64,000 bases of DNA, taken from the NCBI GenBank assembly GCA_951406725.2, contig OX597818.1, positions 88,102,001 to 88,166,000 on the forward strand, given 5' to 3'. The notes beneath the pieces were generated by a model, which saw only the letters and a program-made list of their open reading frames with translations, had not been told where the DNA came from and ran no database searches. This DNA is from Octopus vulgaris. Lineage: Eukaryota. The position numbers and the translations under genes are program-made. Numbering within the stretch: position 1 is the first letter of the stretch; every line of letters begins with the position of its first letter. Shown one piece after another: positions 1-12,925 of this stretch.

Positions 1-109
1 CAGTGAACGAAATGAGACAGTTAAGTGAAATATATTCAGCACACGCCTCCATAATTGAATTTCGAAAACATTGAATCAAACGAAAGAGACGCAGCATCGG
101 GTTGTGGCG

Positions 110-213
110 ATGCATATATATACATAAACATACATACATGCGCACATGCATACATGCATACATACACACATGCATACACACAACACATACATACGTATAT
201 ATACATATATATG

Positions 214-261
<48 letters not shown>

Positions 262-285
262 CACACACATATATATGTACGTGTG

Positions 286-334
<49 letters not shown>

Positions 335-340
335 TATGTA

Positions 341-397
<57 letters not shown>

Positions 398-400
398 GAT
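110..400. repeat. (CA)/(TA)n compound microsatellite
   Basis: Direct dinucleotide runs; source of the YIYIYI ORFs. Confidence 0.95.
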
Positions 401-518
401 AAAAATATAACCTCTAATGCTCATATCTAACGAAATCAATATGAAATATTTTCAGCTATTCCAGTGACTAGACAATGTTCATTCTGCTTTTTTAGCGAGC
501 TATTTCTTTTATTTACGC

Positions 519-519
<1 letters not shown>

Positions 520-567
<48 letters not shown>

Positions 568-570
568 GTT

Positions 571-616
<46 letters not shown>

Positions 617-640
617 TTGTTGTGGTTGTGGTTGTTATTT
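520..640. repeat. (TTA)n/(TTG)n trinucleotide microsatellite
   Basis: Visible directly; gives the poly-N and poly-L ORFs. Confidence 0.95.
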
Positions 641-810
641 AATCTACCCAGTATTTTCGGTTTGGAATTAAAATGTTGTGTATGTGTAGTGAAAGGTGAA
701 TTATAGTTCAGAAAATTTATCATATTCCATAATATTGTGTATGAGAATGAGAATGAAATGTGTGTGCATACCCCGTGTGCCTGCGTGTGTGTGTGTGAGT
801 GCGTGTGTGC

Positions 811-867
<57 letters not shown>

Positions 868-924
868 CTGCTTCTAAACGAGAATGACTTTGAATAATCA
901 TATTATTATGCATATTATAATGAT

Positions 925-965
<41 letters not shown>

Positions 966-1088
966 TTATATATGTATTTGTGTGTGCGTGCGTGTGCATG
1001 TATGTATATATACAGAAACACACACATACATACATACATATAGATACATATATTGATATATATCTACGTGTATGTATATATTGATAGG

Positions 1089-1123
<35 letters not shown>

Positions 1124-1329
1124 GCTTATATATATATATGTATTTATATATGTATGCGTGTGTATTCATACGTCTATATATATGTGCATATATTTATATA
1201 TATACATTTATACTCACACACACACATATATATATACATATATATACGTATATATATATATCCATATATATACCCATATATATATGAATACATATATATA
1301 TATATACATATATGAATACATATATATAC

Positions 1330-1378
<49 letters not shown>

Positions 1379-1493
1379 AACAACGTTAATCTCATTCACT
1401 CCAAACATATTCACACACATGCTTGTGTTCGTGTACGATATGCATGTGAGTATATATTGTTGCTGCTATTTTAATTGTTGTTGTTGTTGTTTC

Positions 1494-1495
<2 letters not shown>

Positions 1496-1545
<50 letters not shown>

Positions 1546-2127
1546 GTATTTACACAGCTTCTATCGCTGGAAATGTACTACTGGTCTATTGTTTCGTCAA
1601 ATGTATCGCAGTATGTGGATTTAGGGTCAGAACCGTTTTGAAGAACTTTAACCTGGTTATTTATGGTAAGCAACTTTGGTCTTTTGCTGTTAATATGAAC
1701 CCTTCAGTCTTTGCTTTCACTCCTGAGCTTCTCAGCCAATGACGCGTTGTTGCTTGGTCTAAATCAGCAATCGTCTTCGAAATATATACTGTCCATGCAA
1801 AGGTTTCTGTCTCCACCGCTCCTCGGTTTGTTTCTGCCCGTTCTTTATTGCAGTCTGTTTGATCCGTTTTGCTTGTTTAGTGACTGTGGTTTCAAGTTCT
1901 TCATCTAATTCAGGGTTAATGCCGAGCTCCCTTGCGAATTTGCAAGCTTCTGTGACAATAGAATGCGATTTCCTACTGCTTTCGTATTTGCACACAAGTA
2001 GCAGCATCCAGTACTCTGTACTAGATAAGTACTTGTTCATTGCTATTGTGGAGGTCTTACTGTACAGTTCTACCTGCATCATTCCTCTTCCCCCATTACT
2101 TCTAGGTAGGTACAAACGATCAACGTC
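1496..2127 (-). mobile_element. R4/Dong-like (RLE-type) non-LTR retrotransposon fragment
   Basis: Minus strand reads DVDRLYLPRSNGGRGMMQVE...WRQKPLHGQY...TEGFILTAKDQ...DETID, the region after the RT domain and the start of the zinc knuckle in R4-type elements; ends in an (AAT)n tail; frameshifted. Confidence 0.75.
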
Positions 2128-2503
2128 ATGGTTGATTTGTATTTCTATAGAGACACAGAGGAAGCTGTGAAGGAAGAACAGACTGCATTGGAGAAGACCG
2201 CTGCCAAAGAGGAAAGCACTGAAGCTTGGTCCGGCTGGTAGTGATCTTGGAGTTGTTGCATCAGTTGATATTACCGATTGGGCTCGTGAGACCGTACCAA
2301 GTGACTCTGCCGTACCACTCCAAGCTTACGAGGCCACTGCGACTGAAGACTGGGATGCAGCTGATACCAGCTGGTCAGTGACCACTGCCAGCACTACCAG
2401 CCCTGCTGTACCTTCTGCCACTGCTACATCACCAGCAACCATGACCTCAGATTCACAACCTGCCAATGTGAGCCAACAATGGGGTGGGTCTGCTGATAAC
2501 TGG
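2125..2503 (+). pseudogene. RPSA: 5'-truncated processed pseudogene of 40S ribosomal protein SA (C-terminal part)
   Basis: Translates VMVDLYFYRDTEEAVKEEQTALEKTAAKEE, one frameshift near 2235, then ITDWA..VPLQAY..TEDWD...QQWGGSADNW. DLYFYRD-EE-KEEQ, TEDW and the terminal WGG/W are RPSA hallmarks. No introns or splice acceptor. Confidence 0.85.
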
Positions 2504-3035
2504 GTGTCCCAAAAAAATGTATACACTTGCTGCAACAGTCTGTCATGCCAAGCATTAGAGAGGACTTTGAACAGGAAGAGTTTTATTTCCAGCAAGATGG
2601 AGCACCTCCACACTACCATCGTGATGTTAGATCCTTTCTTGATGGGATCTTGCCAAACAGGTGGATTGGACGGAGAGGTTTTGTCGAATACCCTCCACGT
2701 TCACCAGACCTCACACCACTAGACTTCTTTTTATGGGGATACCTAAAGGACAAAGTCTACGCACAGAAACCTACAACAGTCGTTCAATTGAGGGCAACCA
2801 TTGAACATGAATGTACGAATATCCCAAGGGAATTGTTCCATGATGTGTGCCAGTCCATCGCTTCGCGTTGTCAGCAGTGTCTGGAGCAGAACGGACATCA
2901 GTTTGAGAACATGCGATAACAAGACAATAGAATGATATTTGTAAATTCTTTTACATGTTGAAAATTATTCGAATTATAATAAACCCCAAATTTACAATTA
3001 TTTAAGGTGTGTATACATTCTTTTGGGACACCCTG
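2500..3035 (+). mobile_element. Internally deleted Tc1/mariner DD41D (rosa/Visitor-like) DNA transposon
   Basis: TIRs gggtgtcccaaaaaaatgtatacac (about 2502-2526) and gtgtatacattcttttgggacaccctg (to 3035) followed by TA. ORF 2527-2919 has FQQDGAPPH...PPRSPDLTPLDFFLWG with 41 residues between the 2nd and 3rd catalytic Asp. Confidence 0.9.
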
Positions 3036-3069
3036 TATATATATATATATATATATATATATTATCTTT

Positions 3070-3261
3070 AATCTTTTACCGGTTTTAGTCATTAGTCAGC
3101 GGTCATGCTGGGGCACCTCCTTGAATTTGTAGATAAATGAATCGAGCCTAGTAATTGTATTTTAAGCCTGGTACTTATTCTTTCGATGTCTTTTACCGAA
3201 CCGCTAAGTTACGGCGACGTAAACACAACACCACCGGTTGTCAAGAGGTGATGGGGGTACA

Positions 3262-3298
<37 letters not shown>

Positions 3299-3434
3299 GA
3301 CGAACTTCTTTCACAAGACTTTGGTTGTCCCGATGATATAATAGAAGACACTTGCTCAAATTGCCGTGCAGCGGGACAGAACCCGGAACTATGTAGTTGA
3401 AAAGCATGCTTCTAACCACACAGCCACGCCTGCA

Positions 3435-3435
<1 letters not shown>
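3070..3435 (-). mobile_element. SINE family A copy (tRNA-derived, CORE-like, internal microsatellite)
   Basis: Diverged match to the well-preserved copy at 38133-38570. Confidence 0.8.
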
Positions 3436-3487
<52 letters not shown>

Positions 3488-3686
3488 GTGTATGTGTGTG
3501 TGTGTGTGTGTGACAACTGGTGTTCATTTGCTTACGTTCATGTGACCTAGCAGCTCGGTGACACAGAGCGATAGAATATGTATTAGGCTTTGAAAGAAGT
3601 CCTGGAGTAACCTTCAGTGGGGTGCTCCAGCATGGCCGCAGTCAAATGACTGAAACAAGTAAAACTATAAACAATAAACGAATATG

Positions 3687-3737
<51 letters not shown>

Positions 3738-4480
3738 TACATACATACATACATATGTACATACATAATCATGTCTATATACATATATATGCATGTGTGT
3801 GGCAAAATATCCATCGTACACACATATGCACCTCTACATGCAAGAGCATGTATGTATTAATATATATATATATATATATATATATACGCACACATATAGT
3901 GTAACATCAGTACTTAAACACATACATACACGTGCACACAGACGCGTGTACTTCAATTAATATACTACACGGACACAACACGTCTCGTACTTATCGGAAG
4001 ACACACACACACAGATAACCACCATCATGACCACCCCCATCACCACCATCACCATCCCACCAGTACTACTATTTCTACTAGTCGCACTATGTAACACGCT
4101 CCTACCCCATAATTTGAGCCACACCCACCACCCGAACGCTGTTTTATCACCTACCGGCGATGTAAGCCACTACCACCATTTCTATATCGGCACACCACCA
4201 CCTTTCAGCTCCAGTCCTACTCACCTTGCAGACACATACCTAACCTAACCATTGCCTACCAAATAAACCATTACCACGCCACCACCGATCTACCCGTACC
4301 CTTCACGCCATCACACATCATCTTATATTAATGTAAGGCCTTGTGAAATATTTTGCTACTTAATTCCTGCTCAGTATCGGCATAAATTAATATTTAAATT
4401 TTTCATCTCAAAGACTTCCGCGACGGAAAGTTACTACGCTTCAGTTCACCAATAGGTGGCACGCTAGCGCTAACGATACG

Positions 4481-4530
<50 letters not shown>

Positions 4531-4734
4531 GGGGGTAGAGAGAGAAACAGACAGAGACAGAGACTGAGAGAGAGGAAAAGGAATTGCATATATATATATA
4601 TACACACACACAATATATATATATACATCATAATATATTATTTATGATGTATATACATGCATATTTTATATGTACATGTATGTGCACTTCATTCTCACTC
4701 TCTTTTTTTTCTATGTGTATGAATGTATACATAC

Positions 4735-4765
<31 letters not shown>

Positions 4766-5104
4766 TGTATGTATGTATGTATGTATGTATGTATATGTAT
4801 GGAAGACAGTTTTTCTCTTAGACATAATATTGAAAACATGATACTATGTCCAAATTTTATTAGTCTATAGTAGATTTTTTTTTTCATATTTTGAATTTCT
4901 AACCATTTTTTTAAGCACTAAATTTTTCAAATCCATCAGCAACCTTTCTAGACTTGCATGGTTGTATCTTCAGGATAGAGTAATTTTAGCGTGTATTGAA
5001 TTTTTGCCCCGTGGAATTTGTAGTTTACTAGCTGGGCATTTCATTTTAGTTTTGACTTGAATACCATTGCTCTCCGTGATCTGCCAACATGAAAGAAAAT
5101 ATTA

Positions 5105-5702
5105 TAAAAATTGAAGCACCCAGAGATCAGACCCCCACCTCACAAAAAGACAAAAAATAACATGACATGTCCTGATTATTGGGATCGTTTCGCGGAGTTT
5201 AAGCTTTATTCCCGCCATCACTGTTGTGAGCGCTGTCATATGTATGATGTGGGAAATATTCCAACAGCATTGCCCGAATGATGTTGACATCATCTCTAAA
5301 ATTCACGTAAAGCATGGTCACCGTGCCGCCGTCTTCTACGAGAATGCTGCTCTTTTTACATCACAACACCAATGCTGAACTATTTCGTCTCAACTAGCCC
5401 TGCTCTCTTTAAAATCATGCCAATACACATAAGTAAAATACCCCTAGTTTTTCATAACATTTAACCGGTTCCTGGATGAATATCTCCAAAAGAATTCTAG
5501 ATAAACCACCTACAACCAATTATATGTCCAGTATAACCACCTACATCCGATTATATGTCTGCAAACAATAACTGTTTACTCGTATAGGATATGGTGCCCA
5601 AAGAATGATTGTAATATGAAGCATCATAAAATTTATTTTCCAGGCACTGAGTTAGTCATGGACTAGGCCAATTCTAGCCGCAACTTAACTAAATATCTAA
5701 GT
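5105..5702 (+). mobile_element. CR1-like LINE 3' fragment, decayed
   Basis: Remnant YWDR..E.KLYS...ER...MMW and FLDEYL...DKPPT motifs; 3' end gttagtcatgg...ctaag is shared with 7798-8146. Confidence 0.6.
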
Positions 5703-5750
5703 ATACTACTTGTGTTCATTTGAGCATTTTACTGCTTGCTTCTAAAAGAG

Positions 5751-6020
5751 TAAAGACCCGCTTCGGTCATAAATGACCATGGGATTGCACGTAGAAAGTT
5801 ACCCTTCGAGATACTGATCCGGGCAAGACTGTTTATGAAAGAGCAACGGTCGCCCATGCATACCAGCCTCCCCTCTCCACGTCACTGATGTTATCCAAGG
5901 GAAAGGCAAAGCTCGATACAGCTTGCCACCAGTGACGTCGCAACTCATTTCTACAGCTGAGTGTTAAGGGGCAAGTGAAATAAAGGGTCTTGCTCAAGAA
6001 GACAACACACATCCCGGTCC
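5751..6020 (-). mobile_element. SINE with CORE-like segment and RTE-like tail (5' truncated)
   Basis: Reverse complement reads ...ttcttgagcaagaccctttatttcac...; tail resembles RTE-LINE-derived SINE tails. Confidence 0.55.
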
Positions 6021-6121
6021 ATGCTTTCCTCTGTAGTTCCTATATACCTGCACTTGCATAATAGAGGCATACATTTATATATAATGAAAGAAGTACATAT
6101 ATCTATCTATCTATCTATCTA

Positions 6122-6162
<41 letters not shown>

Positions 6163-6226
6163 CAAAAATAATGGAAACACTTAAAAATTTCAAACAAATT
6201 TATTTTAATATTTTGATATATTTTAC

Positions 6227-6268
<42 letters not shown>

Positions 6269-6290
6269 AAGAAGTGCATATATATATTTA

Positions 6291-7536
6291 TTGGACAAAA
6301 TAATGGAAACACCTCAAAATTTTAAACAAATTTATTTTAATATGGGGTAGGACCGCCTTTTTGCAGTAATTACAGCTTAAATTCTACGAGGTATGGACTC
6401 GTACAAAGTTTGAATTGTTTCCAAAGTAATTTTTGTCCATTCTTCAGCTAAAACAGTCTCCAGTTCTTGTAGTGATGATGGTGGAAGATATCGACTCCTT
6501 ACTTGTTTTTTTCTAAAATGCACCATAAATGTTCAATAATATTGAGATCTGGGGACTATTGTGGCCAGATAAGATGTTCAACTTCACTAGAATGTTCCTC
6601 GTGCCATTCAGTAACAACTTCTGCTGTGTGAATTGGTGCATCCTGAATGATTGCGTTTCCCTCCGGAAACAGTTCCGCAACCATAGGATGAATTTGATCT
6701 GATAAAATGCTTAAATAGTCTTGACTATTAATTCTGACATGAAGGGAAACCATTAGGCTGGCGAATTCCCAGATATAGCCCCCCCCCCACCCCACCCCAG
6801 ATCATCAAAGATACTCCTCCATGTTTAACAGTTGGAAGAAGGCTATCTGAGCTAAATGCTTCTTTTGGCTGTCTCCACGTGTATACTCGGTCGGTGGTCG
6901 GAAATAAGGTAATGGATGACTCGTCCGAGAAAATAACATTCTTCCACTGCTACAGGGACCAATTCTGTAGGCTTTTACTCCACTCTAAACGCTTTGCAAC
7001 ATATGTTTTTGAAAGTAGTGGTTTTCTGATTGCAGCCTTCTCGTGAAATCTGGCTTAGTGCAGCTCCTGGCGAGCAGTTTTTGTGGAAACTGGGTTCTTG
7101 AGGTGGTCATTAAGCCCTGCAGTAATTTTGAGAGCGGTACTTTTGTGGTCCTTTCTAATAATTTGCGTAAGAGTCCGACGGTCCCTATCTAAAAGATTGG
7201 TTTTCTTCCGGAGTTTTGTTTCGACGAGGAGATTTTTCCCTCTTTATCAAAAGCTGCCCTTGCTTTCGAGACAGTACTTCTTGATACACCAAACATTTTG
7301 GCTGTTTTCCTTACGCTAGCGCCTGTCATACGAACACCAACAATTTGACCTCTTTGAAAGTCCGATAGATCTGTTGTGTTAATGGATTTTAATTATCTTT
7401 TTCTGATGATACCTGAAAAGAAACAGCAATTTTAGCAAAACATATTAGGCAACACTAATAATAAATCTGTTTTATAAATATTTTAAAATTATGATGCTAT
7501 GATGCTAGGTGCTTCCATAATTTTGTCCAACTTCTG
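6291..7536 (-). mobile_element. Tc1-like (DD34E) DNA transposon, near full length, inactivated
   Basis: TIRs ttggacaaaataatggaaacacct (6291) and aggtgcttccataattttgtccaa (7507-7530). Decayed transposase about 7377 to 6337: TDLSDFQRGQIVG..., IFSDES, QD-APIHT, SPDLNIIEHLW, PTPY-stop. An extra copy of the left end lies at 6158-6211. Confidence 0.92.
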
Positions 7537-7626
7537 AGGTATTTTTCCTATGAGGGTAAAAAATTAAAATAGTTTATTAGCAGTGGTTCGCATGCGCAAT
7601 AAGAGTCATAAGACATAAAATATTTT

Positions 7627-7781
7627 TATATATAAGAGTGTATACAGATTTATGCACAGAGAGAAAACCCTTGCCTGAACTTCTTACATACAGTGTACTG
7701 ACAGGACTTCTTACATAGCACTAAGAAGTCCTGTCAAGGGTCTTCTCACCGTGTATAAATCTTTATACACTCTTATATATA
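7627..7781. repeat. Long imperfect palindrome (foldback)
   Basis: Arm 7627-7673 is the reverse complement of 7735-7781; inner perfect 15-bp stem tgacaggacttctta/taagaagtcctgtca. Confidence 0.85.
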
Positions 7782-7797
7782 TATATTATGTTTACAG

Positions 7798-8146
7798 TTC
7801 TCCCAAGTCTAGGTCCCGTTTGCAATACGTCCCCTACAAAGGTCGAGATCACATCACATTAGAACGTTACGACAAGATTTCTTCACTGCAAATGGTCCTG
7901 CACTTTTCAATGTTATCCTGAAAGAAATTAAAGTAGAAAAAGACAACACAACTTTCAAACGGTACCTGGACAAATTCCTCCAGGAAATACCGGATAAACC
8001 ACCTACACCTGGAAACGTCTCAACCAACAACAACTCTGCTTGAGTGGCCCATGGTGTTCCAAAATAATTAACTAAAAAACTTTTCCTGGTAATGCTATAT
8101 TGGGTTAGTCATGGCCTGGGCCGATAATGGCCAAAACCAATCTAAG
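7798..8146 (+). mobile_element. CR1-like LINE 3' fragment
   Basis: Reads ...FFTANGPALFNVILKEIK...FKRYLDKFLQEIPDKPPTPG, a typical CR1-group ORF2 C-terminus, followed by a short 3' UTR. Confidence 0.75.
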
Positions 8147-8195
8147 TTATATATATACAAAAATGATTTCAAAGGGTTCGAATGGCAATAAACAA

Positions 8196-8272
8196 TGACC
8201 CTGATGATACTGTACCGTTATTAATATCAGTATGCACATCAAACAGTGTGCAGTAGAAACGTGCGTAGGTCA
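8196..8272 (+). ncRNA. Type I hammerhead ribozyme (intact core, long stem II)
   Basis: UGACC-CUGAUGA-UACUGUAC[32 nt]GUGCAGUA-GAAA-CGUGCG-UA-GGUCA: 5-bp stem I, 8-bp stem II, short stem III ACG/CGU, predicted cleavage after GUA (8267). Confidence 0.85.
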
Positions 8273-8544
8273 ACGAAACAATGCTGTAAATAAACTGTTT
8301 AATAAAATTATAGATATAAGAGAAAAACATTTTACATTTTGCCTTCCTTTTATAGTTCACTATTTCTGTTAATTCTGTGGGGTATAGATTTCTTTTTTCA
8401 CTATTTACCTATTTTCTTTGATATTGTGATGAAATTGATGTAAGTGAAAGCCTGTCCAGTGGAAGCTCGTGGCCTAATGGTTAGGGCGAAATAGCGTCAA
8501 GCATTTTGCCAACTGCCGCCTTTGTTGTTTGGAACAATAATAAT

Positions 8545-8850
8545 CTCATAGGCGTTCTCCACAGTCGCCTTCATAGTCTCATATTCTGCATGAAGTGTTG
8601 TTGTAAGGAGTCAATGCGATTAGTGTAGACATTATGGCCAGATAGATTTGAATTTTTGCTGTGACATCTATGCAAGATCAGTCATATGTTGTTTTTTTTA
8701 TGTTTGTGACAGGAGCTTTGTTTTCTGCTTTGAGTATTGCTTCTGTCATCAGTAGTCTATCAATGTGAATAATTCTGTCGAGTATAAATATGTTGTCTAC
8801 TAATTTTTTCCTATTTAGTTTTGCTATGTGAAAACGATCTACAGAGCAAG
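8545..8850 (-). mobile_element. Decayed R4-like LINE 3' end
   Basis: Weak remnant of the RLE endonuclease/C-terminal region and 3' UTR on the minus strand. Confidence 0.4.
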
Positions 8851-10374
8851 CCTCAACCTGACAGAGAAATGAAGCTTATTCTCCTACAAGGCTCAGTGGA
8901 AGATATGTATTTCTAAGTATTCCCAAGAAGAGAGAATGGTCGCTGCTGGAATGCCTCCTTGACCTGAGATCTATGTTCAGTCAGGAGCTAAACGGCAACA
9001 GAAATAATATTAAAACAGCAACAGAGCTGAGCTGAAGGCAATAGCAACATAAGTAACACCGACGTAATTAACCCACTTATTTGAACAACAAACACTTGAA
9101 TTCAACATGTGTCTTGATGTAATAATCCTTCCAAAGGACGAAATAGATAATTTTTTTAAGAAGGACTATCATATGTTAAAAGTCTAGGGGTAGGATTTGC
9201 TGTGTGATAAGAAGCCTCCTTCCTAACCAACCACATTGTTCCAGGTTCAGTTCCACTGCGGGGGCATCTTGGACAAGTGTCTTCTACAATAGCCTCGAAC
9301 CTACCAAAGCTTTGTGAGTGGATTTGGTAGACGGAAACTGAAAGAAGGCCGTCGTATCTATCTATCTATCTATCTATCTATATATATATATATATATATA
9401 TATACGCATACATATATGTTTGTTTGTCTATGTGTCCCCCACCATAGTTAGTGTTTTTATCGATCCCGAAAGGATAAAAGGCGAAGTCGACCTCGGCGGA
9501 ATTTGTACTCAGAACATAGCGAAAGGCGAAATGCCTCTAAGCATTTCGTCCAGCGTGCTAACGATTCAGCTAGCTCGCCGCCTTGCGCGTACAACACATA
9601 TCAGACCATCGAAGTGACCAATGTAAGGCTTCAGAATTTGTGTTGGTCTGTCTCTCCTTCCTTTTTGTTTTATTCTTTTACTTGTTTCAGTCATTTTGAC
9701 TGTGGCCATTCTGGAATACCGCCTTGAGTAGTTTTAGTTTACGGAGACGTAAACACATCAACAGCGGTTGTCAAGCGCACACACACATAAATATAAATGA
9801 TGGACTTCTTTCAGTTTGTTGTCTACTAAATCCACTCACGAGACATTGGCCGGACCGAAGCTATAGTAGAAGACACTTTGTCCAAGGTATGACGCAGGGG
9901 ACTGAACCCGAAACTATGTGGTTGGGAAGCAAACTTCTTACCACACAGTCACGCCTGAACACACACAAAAGACGAAAAGAAAATGGAGACAAGGAAGTTA
10001 ATAATTGTTTATCATTAACAACAAATTGGTCATCTTCACTTCTGAGTCTGCTGAAATGAATTGATAAGCCCAAAGGTACATCTTTTTTTCTACTGATGAA
10101 ATTATACACACGTCACATAAATGTAAATGTGATGTAAAGTTGATGTAATTAATTTATTGGATATTTATTGAAACAGCTATAGAAGCGAAGATGACCAATT
10201 TGCTGTTAATAAACAATTAACTTCCTAATCTCCAGTTTCCTTTCTTCTTTTAAATGGATATAAACTATATGCTTTATATATACCTATTGTTTTAAGGGAA
10301 TTTAATTCCCCCAAAATACTAGGTATTGAACCAGATTTCCTTGGATGCAACCATCCCTTCATGAGGTTAACATA

Positions 10375-10891
10375 CCGCAAATCTTCGAGTATAGTCCACC
10401 CTGGAGTATAATACGCAGGGGATTTTTAAGGGGCTGTACCTCTGAAAAACCCAAACCTTGTGTATAATACGCACCCCTTTTCTAACTTGAGTCGTGCGTA
10501 ATTAAGCCAGCAGCACCTAGTCGAACAAACACTTCCGCGCATGCGTAATACAATAATGGTGACGCTCTTAATCGTTATAGGGGAATGTAAATATGTTTGC
10601 AAATTGTTTTTGTTATATGTTATTCTGTGTTCTGAATACTTTTAATTTAATGAATGTTGCTTACTGCAAGTTATAGATGATTCTTTTATGACTTCATTGC
10701 TTTCAGGCTTAGCTAAATATCGCGCCCGACATCACAAAATGCATCTGAATAAACATTGCCGGAGAGCAAATAGAAATTCGGACATTGCTTAGAAAATATT
10801 TTCCATTTTTTACCTCGTATATAGTACGCACTAGGGATTTTGACCTTTAAATTTTTGGAAAAAAATGCGGATTATACTCGAGGATTTACGG
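10375..10891. mobile_element. Non-autonomous Tc2/pogo-like DNA transposon (MITE)
   Basis: TIRs ccgcaaatcttcgagtatagtcc / ggattatactcgaggatttacgg with TA on both sides; internal repeats of gtataatacgca (about 10405, 10463, 10818). Confidence 0.85.
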
Positions 10892-10905
10892 TACCCACTA
10901 ATTAA

Positions 10906-10943
<38 letters not shown>

Positions 10944-11434
10944 CTGATGATATGCAAATTAGTACCTCCAATACTCTGTAGCTACTAGATTCTATGAGTG
11001 CACACAAACAGAAAAGCTACTCGTTTTTGTGGATTTGGTTAATTGATGTGGATACCTGTGATGAGAAATTAGTAGGGGTCAAAAACGATTAAGATTGTTT
11101 ATCATTTTTTTCAGTGTTCAAAGAAATAGGTAAGCTTAACATCTTTGTAAGTCTACAACAGTTTTACACACGCACACACACACGTATATATATACGTGTA
11201 TGTCTAATGGCACAACAGTTGTAAACGTACATCACCGTCATACATTCGGTGTCTTCATGTGTAGTCATTTGTAAAATCGTGCAGCTATGGGAAAATATTA
11301 CCTTGCTTGGAAACGCGTGAATATTAGCAACAAGAAAAGCATGCGGTCGCATAAAAAATCTGCATCAAGGAATTTTGTTATGAACCATGCAAGTATGAAA
11401 CAGTAGACATTAAAACAACGATGAAGTTATTCGT

Positions 11435-11800
11435 TCTGCGGTAAGAAGCTTGCTTCCCTACCACATCATTCCGGGTTCAGTCCTATCGCGTGACACCTTG
11501 GGTAAGTATCTTTTACTATAGCCTCGGACCGGCCAAAACTTTGTCAGTTGATTTGGTTGAAGGAAACTGAAAGAAGTCTGTCGTATATATGTGTGTGTTT
11601 GTATTTCTCTCTCACCTCCACTTGACAAACGCTGTTTGTATTTACGTCCCCATAACTTAGCGGTTCGGCAAAAGAGACGGATAGAATAAGTACTAGACAT
11701 TAAAACAAAGTTCTGGGGTCATTTTGCTTGACTATAAAAAGAGACCTTCAAGGCGGTGCTCCAGCATGGCCGCAGTCTAATGACTGAAATAAGATAAGAT
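11435..11800 (+). mobile_element. SINE family A copy
   Basis: tRNA-like head, ccttgggtaagt CORE-like segment and family tail. Confidence 0.85.
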
Positions 11801-12311
11801 TCGTCTTATCTTTTACTCTTTTATTTCTGGAATACCTTTTACTTCTGAAATCTGCTTCCATTTAAGTTTATCGACAGGCTGTTAGCTATTGTTTCATGAC
11901 GTTGAAAAATAATCCAGACCCCCACCTCTTGTTCATCTTCCACCTAGCTTTCATATGTCTCACGTCCAGGTCTTACGCTCCAAGATAAAGTATTCTTATT
12001 AGAAATATATACACGTGACATAATTGAATTAACGAGTAAATTACTAGATAAGAGTTCAGACAATCCATCACGTGTATTTATTTCTAATAAGATTGCAAGT
12101 CTTTTTATCCCGATATATCAAAATTTGACAGTATTTAATAATCTTGCTATTTCAGTGACAAATAAATACTATTACACAATGTAAGTATATGTCAATATTA
12201 TACGAGCTTAAGCAGGGTGAAACAATTATATTAATTAATATATAAAGATATATATTGTTTATGCAAATTTGTTAATTTCAAACTAACAATATATATATAT
12301 ATATATTTTAT

Positions 12312-12539
12312 ATCTTTTATCTGTTTCAGTCATCAGATTGCGGCTATGCTAGGTTCCTCCTTAAAGAACTTTAAATCGAATGAATCGACTTCGCGATTAA
12401 TTTCTTTTAAAGCTAGGTACATATTCTATCGGTCTCTTTTTGCCGAGCCGCTAGCTTACGGGACGTAAACAAATCAAGACTGGTTGTCAAGCAGTGGTGG
12501 GAGAGAAAAAAACACACATACACACACAAACACACACAC

Positions 12540-12584
<45 letters not shown>

Positions 12585-12925
12585 CACTATCAATTCAAAT
12601 AAACGAATAAAATTAATAGACAGAGGATGTGCGCAAGAAATGTATTAGTTCGATGTTCGGTAAAAAAAAAGAGATTTTGATGTTTCGAGCACAGCTCTTT
12701 GTCGGAAAGGATAAAGTCCAAAGAAGGGAAAAAAATCGGCAACAGCACGTGTGTAGTTACATTGCTATATATATTTATATATACGACGAGCTTCTTTCAG
12801 TTTCCGTCTACCAAATCCACTCTCAGGGCTTTGGTCGGCCCGAGGGTATACCTGCAAACACTTGTCCAAGGTGCCACGGAACCATATTATTGGGAAACAA
12901 GCTTCATACTATAGGACCATACCTG
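12312..12925 (-). mobile_element. SINE family A copy with about 180-bp insert in its internal microsatellite
   Basis: The SINE halves flank a (TA)n run containing insert 12590-12770. Confidence 0.8.
12676..12708 (-). ncRNA. Decayed minimal hammerhead ribozyme motif (family H1)
   Basis: Minus: UUU-CCGACAA-A-GAGC-UGU-GCUC-GAAA-CA-UC-AAA; core damage is mostly CpG-type; same layout as 50571-50608. Confidence 0.55.

Noticed and set aside
36-1420. Many ORFs of YIYI/THTH/CVCV/poly-N type (also 30449-31828, 39590-40374, 57754-59308)
   Set aside because: Translations of microsatellites that simply lack stop codons.
10938-11030. CUGAUGA after (TA)n with a possible UGCA/UGCA stem II
   Set aside because: GAAA is not correctly placed after the stem and stems I and III are unconvincing; at most a heavily decayed hammerhead.
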